Shown here piece by piece: positions 9,264 through 18,907 of a stretch of DNA of 64,000 nucleotides. The notes below the pieces were generated by a model. That model was not told the DNA's origin. It was given only the letters and a program-made list of their open reading frames with translations, and made no database searches. The first letter of the stretch is position 1, and every line of letters begins with the position of its first letter. The translations under genes were made by a program, and so were the position numbers. The DNA comes from a virus. Taxonomy: Duplodnaviria; Caudoviricetes. The stretch lies in the IMG/VR virus record IMGVR_UViG_3300035685_000002, positions 1 through 64,000 of that record; one strand, 5' to 3'.

Positions 9264-9986
9264 ATGGAAAAATTTTGTATTGATGTTATTGCCGCAACGC
9301 CTAATCCCCAACAACTTATCTGGGCAGCGATGCACCAGGACTATTCGGAGCAATATGTCTGGGATAGTCACGAACAATGGCCAAATGAGGAACGTTGTGG
9401 GGAACTTATCGTTAAGCATTTACTTGCGGGCGATCGCGGTCACTATGGCCCCCTTGAGCATCCCCAGATTACCTTCAATGTCGGTTACTTTCCTCACTCG
9501 ATGATGCAGCAGGTTCGCACTCATCGTATAGGAGTCTCGTTCGATGTACAATCTTTTCGTTATACGGGGCAGAGAGTTATAGATGTTGCGGAAGGTAAGC
9601 GAGCAGTAGAGGATGTTTTCTATCTGCGCCCTGTTGGACATTACACAAACCGTGAAGGCAAGCGGTATTTCTATTCAGATAATCAACGTTTCGCAGATTT
9701 GGAATGGTGCTTGGCGGCGTGTTATCGATACAAGGAACGGATTGACGAGGGTTTATCTGAGGAACACGCTAGGGGTTTAATTCCTTTTGATGCTAGGCAG
9801 CATTTCGTTCTGAGTTGCAATCTGCGATCGCTCATGCACCTTTTGGATCTAAGGTGGAAGAAGGATGCTCAACTAGAAGCTCAGAAATTCTGTGAGCTGC
9901 TGTTTGTTCACTTTGCAGATTGGACACCCGCCGTGGCTAGCTGGTATGAGAACAACCGCATGAAGAGGGCTAGACTTTCACCTTAG
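9264..9986 (+). CDS. thyX: FAD-dependent thymidylate synthase
   Basis: GHYGPLEH, QVRTHRIGVSFDVQSFRY, NLRSLMH..DLR and AQLE. Confidence 0.96.
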   Translation: MEKFCIDVIAATPNPQQLIWAAMHQDYSEQYVWDSHEQWPNEERCGELIVKHLLAGDRGHYGPLEHPQITFNVGYFPHSMMQQVRTHRIGVSFDVQSFRYTGQRVIDVAEGKRAVEDVFYLRPVGHYTNREGKRYFYSDNQRFADLEWCLAACYRYKERIDEGLSEEHARGLIPFDARQHFVLSCNLRSLMHLLDLRWKKDAQLEAQKFCELLFVHFADWTPAVASWYENNRMKRARLSP

Positions 9987-10262
9987 GCGATCGCACGATA
10001 TCGAGGTAAGCACTTCGAGCCGCTGGCGGATAAGATTATCGCAGACGCTCCAGGGAAGGGATGGAAGCTCGCTATACGATATACTTGGGATTTCAGATTG
10101 CTCAGGAAAAGACTATAATCAGATAGTCTCCTTATGTCTTTAAGGAAGTCCAGAAAGAAAACACGGTCAATGGGGTTGTAGCTGGTTTCATTGACCGTGT
10201 CCCATATTTACGCCACTATGAATACGCAAAAAAGACCCACCAGTTATTGGTGGGTCTTTTGG

Positions 10263-10775
10263 TTATGAGCAACCGAGGTAAGTAAAGTTCTCGATTACAT
10301 AGCTCAGTTTTGCTTCAAATAGCATTTGGGTCAGGTCTTCGACAGAAAAGGGAATATTTACCTCACTCTTTCTGTACATGATTATTTCAGCAGAGCAGTC
10401 GCTCATGAAATCCGTAACCGTATCCCATTCATATTCATTGATTTCTTCGATCAATGACCGGAATATCATACCTACGGCGTTGCCATAGGTATAGACAGCC
10501 TTGGAGGCGATCGCGTCTTCGGGTTGTAATCCTTCCCAAAGTCCGTTATCTGTCTCCTCAAAGTCTCTGAGTTCGTGTAGTAACTCCGCAGATTCTTGCA
10601 GGCTATAGCTCCGATCAACATAGGATTCGTTGAAGTATCGGTCTGCTCCTAGGTAGTCATTGTTGTAGTCGTCTGACGCTTCTCCGCCATCAACGAGCTG
10701 TTCGATAATCTGCTCCAACAAGTGTTGGGCAAATTCTTTAGCATCATCAACAGCGCTCTGTATGTAACCTGCCAT
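10263..10775 (-). CDS. highly acidic protein, possible Ocr-like DNA mimic
   Basis: Very D/E-rich; FEETDNGLWEG recalls the FEDSGL segment of T7 Ocr. Has its own promoter-like motif and terminator. Confidence 0.5.
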   Translation of the reverse strand: MAGYIQSAVDDAKEFAQHLLEQIIEQLVDGGEASDDYNNDYLGADRYFNESYVDRSYSLQESAELLHELRDFEETDNGLWEGLQPEDAIASKAVYTYGNAVGMIFRSLIEEINEYEWDTVTDFMSDCSAEIIMYRKSEVNIPFSVEDLTQMLFEAKLSYVIENFTYLGCS

Positions 10776-10855
10776 GACTGAACCTTAAGTTTGTTTACCA
10801 TACTATTGTATAACAAAATAGTATAAAATAATAGAGTTGATTATCACCATTTCTC

Positions 10856-11461
10856 ATGACTATTAAGGTATTGGGCTTAGATCTAGATGGCACGGTTCGC
10901 GAGACCATGAGCGGGCAGACTTTCATCAATAATCCGCTGGATCAGTGCCTGATGGAAGGAGTTGAGGATGCGATCGCTCGCTATCCTGACTGGCGAATAG
11001 TTGGCATCACCAATCAGGGGGGAGTTAAAGCGGGCTTCAAGTCTCTTGAGGATTGCGTAGCTGAGCAAAAGCGGACGATGGAATTAATCCCCCGGATGGA
11101 ACTACTCCTGTTCTGTGTCAACGATGGTGAGAGCTTTTATCGGCTAAGAAGGCGACTTGATGGTCAGATTCCATCGCACCCAACTGAAAGGAGAATTAAT
11201 GCCTTTGAAGAGCGTTGGCCAAACTTTCGCAAGCCCAATCCAGGTATGTTGCTTTTTGCTTATTATTATTTTGCGAATAAGGGGGCGGATGAATTCTTGT
11301 ATGTAGGCGATCGCACTGAAGACCGTGATGCTGCTAAGAATGCAGGTCTTCCCTTTCTCTGGGCGCAGGACTGGCGTAGTAAAGATCCTAGTCATTGGAT
11401 TATTCAGATACCACACGATCCTCGACCTGTTTTCAATTGGCAGCCTAAACCGGAAGCATAG
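10856..11461 (+). CDS. HAD-IIIA phosphatase (polynucleotide 3'-phosphatase/GmhB-like)
   Basis: DLDGT, ITNQGG, RKPNPGML and VGDR.ED..AA..AG. Confidence 0.88.
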   Translation: MTIKVLGLDLDGTVRETMSGQTFINNPLDQCLMEGVEDAIARYPDWRIVGITNQGGVKAGFKSLEDCVAEQKRTMELIPRMELLLFCVNDGESFYRLRRRLDGQIPSHPTERRINAFEERWPNFRKPNPGMLLFAYYYFANKGADEFLYVGDRTEDRDAAKNAGLPFLWAQDWRSKDPSHWIIQIPHDPRPVFNWQPKPEA

Positions 11462-11630
11462 GATCTTTAGCTTAGGATAGGTCTTAGAGTTTTGGCGATT
11501 TAGGAGACTGCTCTTGTAGTTAAATACAGGTAGCCTCCTAAACTTTAATTTATTTCTACTGTTTTATCACTCTAAGCTATAATCAAGGAAGCGATTTAGC
11601 TTTTCCTCACTGAGTTGTTAGAGCAATATA

Positions 11631-12167
11631 ATGTTGACCGTACAGTCATCTCTCCAAGAAATTAAAGACGAGTTCACCCGTATTACACGCCTTCCTGCAA
11701 AGAAGGCGTTTGCTTCTGTGGTTGCACAGATAGGTAGCAGAAAGATGCTGTCTAAGTCTGACTGGCTTTGGGTTCTGGAGAATATTGATTTTGTTTTAAC
11801 ACCTCGCATAGAACAAGTGGAATGCCCTGTTCAGCCTGAAACTCCACATGAGACTCAGGCTGAATCTCCCACAGGGGGTAGCTGGGAGGAAGAGGTTTGT
11901 GCGTTAGCTATGGCGTCAGATGAACCGACTCAAGTTTTTGAGGAAGCCTTTTCTTCTGTAGATAACATCAAGCAAGCTTACCGCAAGCTTGCTAAATATT
12001 TGCATCCAGACAAAGGAGGTACTTCTAGCTTGTTCGTTTTGATGGAGAAAGCTTATCGCGATGTACAAAACAAACAATCTCAAGGATATTGGAATGGATT
12101 TAGCCAACAACAGTCGGGATGTGATTCAACCTTTTCCGACGAAGAGCTGGACGAATGGCTCAGGTAA
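11631..12167 (+). CDS. J-domain (DnaJ-like) protein
   Basis: IKQAYRKLAKYLHPDKGG..F..AY. Confidence 0.8.
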   Translation: MLTVQSSLQEIKDEFTRITRLPAKKAFASVVAQIGSRKMLSKSDWLWVLENIDFVLTPRIEQVECPVQPETPHETQAESPTGGSWEEEVCALAMASDEPTQVFEEAFSSVDNIKQAYRKLAKYLHPDKGGTSSLFVLMEKAYRDVQNKQSQGYWNGFSQQQSGCDSTFSDEELDEWLR

Positions 12168-12708
12168 CTCTGCGCTGTCTGAGTCTCAGTTAGTCGAGAA
12201 GTTCAGTCGGATGTTTCACACCTTCCCGATTGAATTCCAGCAAAGCTACAGATTGCAACTAGAATATCCCTTGCCACTGGATGAATATCTCCCCAGTGGT
12301 GAAACCAAAGAGAAGCGTCCCGATTTCCTGATCTACACTCCCAGTAACGTTTTTCTTGTTGAGTGCAAGGCAACCCTTTTGACCATTGCCATGATCCGGG
12401 AGGTAATTGTAGAACGTCGCTATCTCCAGCGGTTCAAGCAGGAGAACGTGGTTCCAGACCATCTTGATCTGAGGATGCTTTTTCTGGCTCCTCAGATTCA
12501 ACCTGACTGCCACGATCTAATAAAGATTGTCAATGCTGCTCTTGGTACGAATCAGTACGGCGCTATGACACTTTGCAAGTTTTCCGAGAAGACTCTTTCT
12601 TGGTTCAACTCTTGGTGCGAAGCAGAACCGTCTGTGACTGAATTCCAACAAAACTCTATTAACAGGAGGATAAAGTCGGATTGTGCGCCATTGTTTCTTT
12701 TCGGTTAG
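12061..12708 (+). CDS. PD-(D/E)XK nuclease-like protein
   Basis: RPDFL..VFLVECK motif; start position uncertain. Confidence 0.6.
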   Translation: MYKTNNLKDIGMDLANNSRDVIQPFPTKSWTNGSGNSALSESQLVEKFSRMFHTFPIEFQQSYRLQLEYPLPLDEYLPSGETKEKRPDFLIYTPSNVFLVECKATLLTIAMIREVIVERRYLQRFKQENVVPDHLDLRMLFLAPQIQPDCHDLIKIVNAALGTNQYGAMTLCKFSEKTLSWFNSWCEAEPSVTEFQQNSINRRIKSDCAPLFLFG

Positions 12709-13070
12709 AGGGCGATCGCTTTCTGATTGTTATCGCCCTCTCGCTGATAAGCAGCATCTCAATTTTATCTTGAATTAGCTCCAAGGCTCCCTACTGGGGG
12801 CTTTTTTAATAAAGGTTTATTAGACTCGCCAGGAAGACTGCGGTAGCTGTATCCCTTATAGATTCAGGTGCGGAAATTCCCGCACCTGACAACCATGCGG
12901 CTTTCAGGCGAGGCGTCAGCCCTGTCGATCTGCGCTTATTACAGTAGTTCTACTTCTTTTAGATGCGATCGCGGCACATCCAATAGAGCATAACCATTAA
13001 CGCGTCTATTACAAGCCAGAATATTCCCCAGGTCAATGAGTCTTTCTTGATAATCGATAATAAACCTTTA

Positions 13071-13670
13071 TTACTCATCCTCATCTACCGCAATCAAGTC
13101 GTCGGCAATATTTACATCTTCAATCTCAGTGTCATCTTCATTGCCTTGCGATCGCCTATCCACAGCATCGTACTCATACGTTCGCAACCTAGCAATGAGT
13201 TCGTTCATATTGATGTCAATTCCTAGATGCTTCATCAGAATTCCCAGAGCTTTGCTCTTCTGGTGCATCTTGACGGATAGGACGCTGCTGCCACGGCTTC
13301 GGGTTTCGGATACTTCAGCGATCGCAGCCATCCAGTTATCATCAATATCCTCAGAGTTTTTGACCTTGAGCTGATTATCCTTCCACTCGGATACATCCCC
13401 GACTGTCGCGAAGGCAAGTCTGGCAACTTCTTGGAGGACTCGGTCTGCGGTGATTTCTAGGCGTTGTGATCGCCTATCCTGCATTTCCTGGATATAAGCT
13501 CTTACGTCTTCGCGAGTCAGCAGCTTTGTCCCGGCAGCTGAGGCAGATGTCCTATTCTTGGAGTTAAATCCCGACGCCATATAGGCATCAGCTATATTTC
13601 CACAGATTACGTATTTCTCTGCAAAGAGCCTGTGGCGAGGATTCATCCCCTGTCTGACTGACTCCGTCAT
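13071..13670 (-). CDS. terS: terminase small subunit
   Basis: F...Y...N...AY..SG, GTKLL..V..YI, ITADRVLQEVARLAF and K.KAL..L.KHLG, typical of Terminase_2. Confidence 0.9.
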   Translation of the reverse strand: MTESVRQGMNPRHRLFAEKYVICGNIADAYMASGFNSKNRTSASAAGTKLLTREDVRAYIQEMQDRRSQRLEITADRVLQEVARLAFATVGDVSEWKDNQLKVKNSEDIDDNWMAAIAEVSETRSRGSSVLSVKMHQKSKALGILMKHLGIDINMNELIARLRTYEYDAVDRRSQGNEDDTEIEDVNIADDLIAVDEDE

Positions 13671-13794
13671 GGATTTATCTTTGATTCCTAATCACTTTTG
13701 AAAACCTAGTTGAGCTTAACAATTGGGCGATCGCTCCTTTAATAAACCTTTATTGGAATGTGATAAAATATCAAAAACAAATAGGATTAATGCA

Positions 13795-14484
13795 ATGGAA
13801 CAAGAGAAGGCTGTGATTGAGAAGATTCGTAAGCTGCTTGCGCTATCTGAATCGCCCAATGAGAATGAGGCTGCGATCGCGGCTTCCAAGGCTGCCGAGT
13901 TGCTGTCTAAGCACAATCTGGAGATTGCTGATATCGGAGAGCCTATCGAGATAGTGGGTCAGATCGTATTGGAGGATTATGCAACTGCGAGCTGGAAGGA
14001 ACTCCTTCTGGCGGGAGTTTGTCAACTCAATGGACTCAAGGGGTTTAATTCAAAGGTAAAGCACAGTCGTCGGTCTAATGCCGTACTGATTGGTAGACCT
14101 TTATCAATTTTGGTTAGCAAGCAGACTTTTCTCTATTTGATGGATGTTGTCGAGAGGCTAGCTTGTCAGCACAAAGGAAAAGGGCGGGCTTACCTCAACT
14201 CGTTCCGACTGGGGGTAGCTAATCGATTACGCCAGCGCTTAATTGCCAAGCGTGAGCAGATAAATGCTACTGGAGTAGATGGCGCATTAGTTGCCAAGAC
14301 TCAGTATGAGAAAGATATGGAAGTGATCGCTGAGTACGTGAGAGATCTTAATATCAACAAACGAAAGCAGCCCAGAGCTATTCATCGAGAAGCCTACGAG
14401 CAAGGCAAGTCTGCTGCTGAATTGGTTAATTTAGACGAGCAAATCCGCGAGGGCAATGCGGTACTAGGATTGCCGTCGAGATAG
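13795..14484 (+). CDS. DUF2786-domain protein
   Basis: IEKIRKLLALS.SPN.NEA..A..KA.ELL.KHNL; C-terminal SFRLG and AYEQG. Confidence 0.85.
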   Translation: MEQEKAVIEKIRKLLALSESPNENEAAIAASKAAELLSKHNLEIADIGEPIEIVGQIVLEDYATASWKELLLAGVCQLNGLKGFNSKVKHSRRSNAVLIGRPLSILVSKQTFLYLMDVVERLACQHKGKGRAYLNSFRLGVANRLRQRLIAKREQINATGVDGALVAKTQYEKDMEVIAEYVRDLNINKRKQPRAIHREAYEQGKSAAELVNLDEQIREGNAVLGLPSR

Positions 14485-14552
14485 AGTTTTTGTGTGATCG
14501 CTTCCTGAGCAAGAAGTGATCGCACTTTTTAATAAACCTTTAATGGAGAACT

Positions 14553-15095
14553 ATGCAAGAATTGCCTCCACCTGTTTGGACACTAAGTGCAGTCAATAGA
14601 TTGATCGAAGTCTACCCAGACTTGGCAGAAAAGGTACTCAAGGATATCGAGGACGGGCGTTTGTTGATTAATGAGTTACCAGATCCGATAGAAGAGCAGC
14701 AACAGATACGTCTTGTTCCAAAAGATGAGGGAAAATTGATGGCACGAAATGTAACCGTAAGGCGAGACGGGACAAAGACATTCACGATTCGGGTTCCACA
14801 TCATGTTGGTGTTTGCCAGATAGCTATGGCGATTGCTTGGCTACTGCTGATGGGGACTAACTCATCAGGCAGAGATGCTCAGGAGAGGGAAGAGTTCTTG
14901 AGTAAATTAACGCGATCGCAAATAGAAGCTGAACTACGCTTCCGGCTAATTAACAGCGGAGATGATTGGTTTGCGGGATTCAGCTGGGACAAGAACTTTA
15001 ACAACGAATTTTGCTTTTCTATCAAGCAGTGGTGCGAAACCTCTGCTTTTGTGCTGTTTCCCGAACTGGTTGTAGATAAGGAGTCGGCACTATGA
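14553..15095 (+). CDS. hypothetical protein
   Basis: GGAG RBS; 180-aa ORF overlapping the next gene (ATGA). Confidence 0.6.
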   Translation: MQELPPPVWTLSAVNRLIEVYPDLAEKVLKDIEDGRLLINELPDPIEEQQQIRLVPKDEGKLMARNVTVRRDGTKTFTIRVPHHVGVCQIAMAIAWLLLMGTNSSGRDAQEREEFLSKLTRSQIEAELRFRLINSGDDWFAGFSWDKNFNNEFCFSIKQWCETSAFVLFPELVVDKESAL

Positions 15096-15523
15096 GCTGT
15101 GACTGCACCTACCCTTCTGTCTACCAAGCAAGAGTTGTAAAAACCCGCAAGCCTCATAAGTGCTGTGAATGCAGTAGCAAGATTTTACCAGGTCAGCAGG
15201 CTGAAAAAGTTGACGCTCTGTGGGATGGGCAGTTTTCTACTATCTATACTTGTCTGGAGTGCATGGCGGTGCGCGATCGCCTAAAGGAAGTATTTGCCGA
15301 TGATGAGGACGTGCTCTGCTGTCATGGCGAGATGTTTGAATTTATCTGGCACTCTGACTTGTTATGGGACGAAGACGAGATTGAGGAAGAAGCCTCTACT
15401 TGGGTGCCTGATTACAATGACTCTCTAGGAGTTATCAGGGGGAGTAATTTTGTGATTGGAGTCAAGGTGGATTGGCTTCGCTGGCAGGATGGTAAGCTTT
15501 GTCTGATATCGCCAGAAGCTTAA
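15092..15523 (+). CDS. Cys-rich (zinc-binding) phage protein
   Basis: RKPHKCCEC..I.PG and CLEC. Confidence 0.7.
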   Translation: MSCDCTYPSVYQARVVKTRKPHKCCECSSKILPGQQAEKVDALWDGQFSTIYTCLECMAVRDRLKEVFADDEDVLCCHGEMFEFIWHSDLLWDEDEIEEEASTWVPDYNDSLGVIRGSNFVIGVKVDWLRWQDGKLCLISPEA

Positions 15524-15626
15524 TTTTGGAATCCCTGATAGAGAAAGCGCCCCATACTGGAGGGCGCTTTTTAATAAACTTTTATTAAATGTGATAAAAT
15601 AAAATAGTAAACAAATCAAATGTCTT

Positions 15627-15926
15627 ATGAAATCACAAGAACAAGCACTCCACTTTGTTAGTAAGAAGCTGGGATTACTAGAGGACATAGCTAATGGCAA
15701 TATCCCTTCTTCTCTTACTGACACACAGGCGATAATAATGGTTTGCTATGAAGTATTCCATATTGTACTGGATAGTCAGGAATTGACTCCAGATGGATAT
15801 GGTCTAATTACTGGGCTGAACACCCTCCATCAGATAGCAACAGGGAAAATGCACTGTTCACTCGATCTATTAAAGGAGGAAATACGGAGATGTGCTTCTT
15901 TTCGTGACAAGAAGTTGACTAAATAG
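15627..15926 (+). CDS. hypothetical protein
   Basis: Follows the promoter-like motif at 15590; hairpin downstream. Confidence 0.6.
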   Translation: MKSQEQALHFVSKKLGLLEDIANGNIPSSLTDTQAIIMVCYEVFHIVLDSQELTPDGYGLITGLNTLHQIATGKMHCSLDLLKEEIRRCASFRDKKLTK

Positions 15927-16016
15927 TAGTGCTGATTGTGATCGCCCTCTGTTACGGAGGGCGATTTCCATATTTATATGTGATAAAATAATTAACTAAA
16001 CAAGTACAAATATCAC

Positions 16017-16583
16017 ATGAAAACTCCTACATTCAGGGAAGTCAACAGAAGTACGTCTGCAAGCTCTATCTCTATTTCAATATCAAGTCGAGAAAGCTTA
16101 TTGGCTACTATCTATTCTGAATTTGATCCAGAAGGAGCGGAAAGTATAGTTTGTCAGTTAGAACCCATCGATGACGATACCGCTACCTTAGCTACGATGG
16201 AATTTGATGTAGGAAGGGGCTGGGACAAAACTGATGAAGATTTGGTGACACTCGAAAAAGAATTGAGAAGGGGTGACGAATACTGGTCTTTTTACTATGC
16301 CCTAACACATCAAGGGAGGGCTTATTATTCGGACTTTGACTGGATTGAGTCCGAGCAACAACTCGATAGAACCCTGGAACAAGAGGACTTATTTTTAGGG
16401 CTTGACAAAATCATTGAACAGCGATTGCTTATCAAGCGTGGTATCAAGTATCTTCAGAACTACCCTAGGGTGGTCAAACCAGCCTTGATTAGTTACCTAG
16501 AAAAACGAGTAGAAAGATATCAGAGCTGGCTCAAACAGCAACAGGACGTTTTGTTGTGGGCAAAAGAGAATTTCCCAGAGTAG
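16017..16583 (+). CDS. hypothetical acidic protein
   Basis: Follows the promoter-like motif at 15979. Confidence 0.6.
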   Translation: MKTPTFREVNRSTSASSISISISSRESLLATIYSEFDPEGAESIVCQLEPIDDDTATLATMEFDVGRGWDKTDEDLVTLEKELRRGDEYWSFYYALTHQGRAYYSDFDWIESEQQLDRTLEQEDLFLGLDKIIEQRLLIKRGIKYLQNYPRVVKPALISYLEKRVERYQSWLKQQQDVLLWAKENFPE

Positions 16584-16774
16584 AACGCAAGCACACCTTA
16601 ATAAACCTTTATTAGCAAAAACGCCGAGAAACTTGTATTTTCCCGGCGTTTTTTGATACCCCACGAACTTGCGTCGTTCTAGCTCTTACCCTACTGCTCA
16701 GGAATAAAACCCCGTCTTTTTGGACACCTGATAACGAGTTTGCGTCGTTTCAGCTCTTGCATTTTGCGAAAAGT

Positions 16775-17119
16775 CTATGCAAATCCCGCTGGAATCTCTC
16801 CTGAATCGATCATCCTTTGTAGAGATTCCTTGCCTTTTTGGCTGCCAAGAGATGAAGAGGCGATCGCACTCGCTACCCGAACCGCCACATCCTCACTCGC
16901 CAGATAATCTTCAATATCTGGCAGTAGTTCTTTCATCCCTAGCTCTTTGCACACCCATAAGCTTCTTAGTAGATATCGCCCCTCTTTAAGATTCATCTCT
17001 ATCACTGTTCTGCCGATATCACCGGCCTTGTTCACTTCCTTGAGCAGGTCGCTGTCGGCGTCAGAATCCTGCACACCTTCCAAACAGTCGAAGTAGTCGA
17101 GTAGTTCTTGTTCGGTCAT
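16775..17119 (-). CDS. putative immunity protein (HEAT-repeat-like) for the EndoU effector
   Basis: Acidic, 114 aa, HEAT-like L..ED..VR..SA.A...LG; its start overlaps the stop of the EndoU gene. Confidence 0.6.
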   Translation of the reverse strand: MTEQELLDYFDCLEGVQDSDADSDLLKEVNKAGDIGRTVIEMNLKEGRYLLRSLWVCKELGMKELLPDIEDYLASEDVAVRVASAIASSSLGSQKGKESLQRMIDSGEIPAGFA

Positions 17120-17769
17120 TAGAATTTCGGAAATGCTGTAACGATTCTACTGTGGCGGAATGCTACGCGAATCAATACGCCCTTGACTATCCCTTCCGCA
17201 ACTTCCCGGTTTCCTACAAGTTTCTTGATACTGGTTTCGGCTACCTCTGTGATCGCCTTGAGTACATCATCATCTGACCAATGACTAGGGAATAGCGTCT
17301 TCTTCGGTTCCGGAACACTTCCATTAGGTAATGGCTTCATTGCGGACAGGGGGAGCTGAATTTCCTTAACCCCGTTGCGAGCATTCGTCCTTAGTACTTT
17401 GTATTCGTGCCCATGAGTCTCGCAGAATTCTTCCAGTCCTTTTTGGGTGTGTAGTCCCCCACCTAACTTTCCGTCTGCCACATCCCCTTTAAGAACATGG
17501 TGTTCGTTGATATTTGAGCTGCCTTCTTTGCGCTTGACAGGGGCAGCTGGTTTTGGCTTCGACGGAGATTCGACTTTTGACTCAACGGGTCTCGGTGGTG
17601 GCTGGATGAGTTTTGGTCGCTCCAATGTTTGAGTACCCTTGGAGAACCTGCCGTCACTACTCCGATTTGCCCACTCATTTTCCTTGTCCCACTCGAATGC
17701 CGCCTGAATTAGTTTGGAGCGAAATAATAAAATACTCGAAAACGCGATCGCCCTTCCTAGATCCGTCAT
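17119..17769 (-). CDS. leader-bearing effector with a bacterial EndoU ribonuclease toxin domain
   Basis: N-terminal AAFEWDKENEWANRSSDGRF, Pro-rich linker, then HVLKG..GGGLH, KTLFPSHWSDDDV and IVTAFP. Confidence 0.82.
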   Translation of the reverse strand: MTDLGRAIAFSSILLFRSKLIQAAFEWDKENEWANRSSDGRFSKGTQTLERPKLIQPPPRPVESKVESPSKPKPAAPVKRKEGSSNINEHHVLKGDVADGKLGGGLHTQKGLEEFCETHGHEYKVLRTNARNGVKEIQLPLSAMKPLPNGSVPEPKKTLFPSHWSDDDVLKAITEVAETSIKKLVGNREVAEGIVKGVLIRVAFRHSRIVTAFPKF

Positions 17770-17787
17770 AATAAACCTTTATTAACA

Positions 17788-18663
17788 ATGCTCGATAAAC
17801 CTACCAATAATTTCATTGAAGCAGTCGGCACGATCGCTCTCCTCCAGTTTCAAATCCTAGCTGCTCAAATTAAGTACGTCCGGGATGAAATGGGCAGGTT
17901 CGCTAAGACGGCTGGAGATGCTATTCCCTCTGACTTATATGAGTTTCCTTCAGATGACAAGTTCGAGAAGGCAGAGGTGTTTGATATCAGTAAGCATAGT
18001 AGTCGGGGGCGATCGCAAATTGGTGGCGTGGAAATTGATGGTAAGCGCTTCTTTGTCAAGGAAGTTCTTCACGACCAGCTCGATGAAGGGGCTGCCGAGA
18101 CAGTAGCGTCAGATGTCGCCAAGACAATGGGACTGGAGAATGATATAGTCCCTGCCAAGAAGGTGTCGATCAAGGGTCAGGAGTTTATTGCTAGTCACTA
18201 CCTACCTGGACAATCAGTGCTGAGTGCTGGGACTAACTTAAAGAGTGCTATCAGTCAGCCCAAGGCTCGGATGATGTTACTCTTTGACTTCGTTATCAAT
18301 AATACTGACCGTCATGCAGATAATGTTTATATCCCAGATGGAGGCACACCTAAACTAATAGATCACGGTAATAGCATGATGTATGAGATGGGGAGCATGG
18401 GTGATGGCGATGCCGATCTCGTGTTCAAGCACAATCAAATTTATGACAAGCATCTTAAACTAGCTCCAAACTCTGAATTTACGGATGAGGAGATTGATGC
18501 TGCTATTAAGGGTATAGATAAATTACAGGAATCTGCCAAATCTCATTTCAAGAATTCTCAACAATTAGAAAATATCTTGATCGGCTCAGAAGCTATAAGA
18601 ACCCATCTTAAAGATATGCTAGGTAAAAAGGAATTAATGAAAGTGGTAAATATAATTTTATGA
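17788..18663 (+). CDS. leader-bearing effector with a HipA/PI3K-PI4K-like kinase domain
   Basis: N-terminal LAAQIKYVRDEMGRF; kinase motifs FFVK, AETVAS, DFVINNTDRHADN and LIDHG. Confidence 0.8.
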   Translation: MLDKPTNNFIEAVGTIALLQFQILAAQIKYVRDEMGRFAKTAGDAIPSDLYEFPSDDKFEKAEVFDISKHSSRGRSQIGGVEIDGKRFFVKEVLHDQLDEGAAETVASDVAKTMGLENDIVPAKKVSIKGQEFIASHYLPGQSVLSAGTNLKSAISQPKARMMLLFDFVINNTDRHADNVYIPDGGTPKLIDHGNSMMYEMGSMGDGDADLVFKHNQIYDKHLKLAPNSEFTDEEIDAAIKGIDKLQESAKSHFKNSQQLENILIGSEAIRTHLKDMLGKKELMKVVNIIL

Positions 18664-18881
18664 AAAATGTTCTTGAGGTTTATGAGGGAGACAATCTCCT
18701 CTCTACGGTTAGCCTTGTTGATGGCGAGTTAAAAGTAATTGCTGCACCAGGTAGAAGTCAAAAGGATCAGGAAGAATTTATACAGACTTTGCGGCGTAGA
18801 AATATGACCGATGAAGACCTATTCAAGTGGTTGCCTAAAAGATTGCGCTCTCGTGTCTATGCAGTAGAGCCGGAAGAGTAA
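18660..18881 (+). CDS. small protein, putative immunity partner of the kinase
   Basis: ATGA overlap with the kinase stop; followed directly by the 16-bp palindrome. Confidence 0.55.
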   Translation: MKNVLEVYEGDNLLSTVSLVDGELKVIAAPGRSQKDQEEFIQTLRRRNMTDEDLFKWLPKRLRSRVYAVEPEE

Positions 18882-18907
18882 ATCCCTAATAAACCTTTAT
18901 TAAAGTA

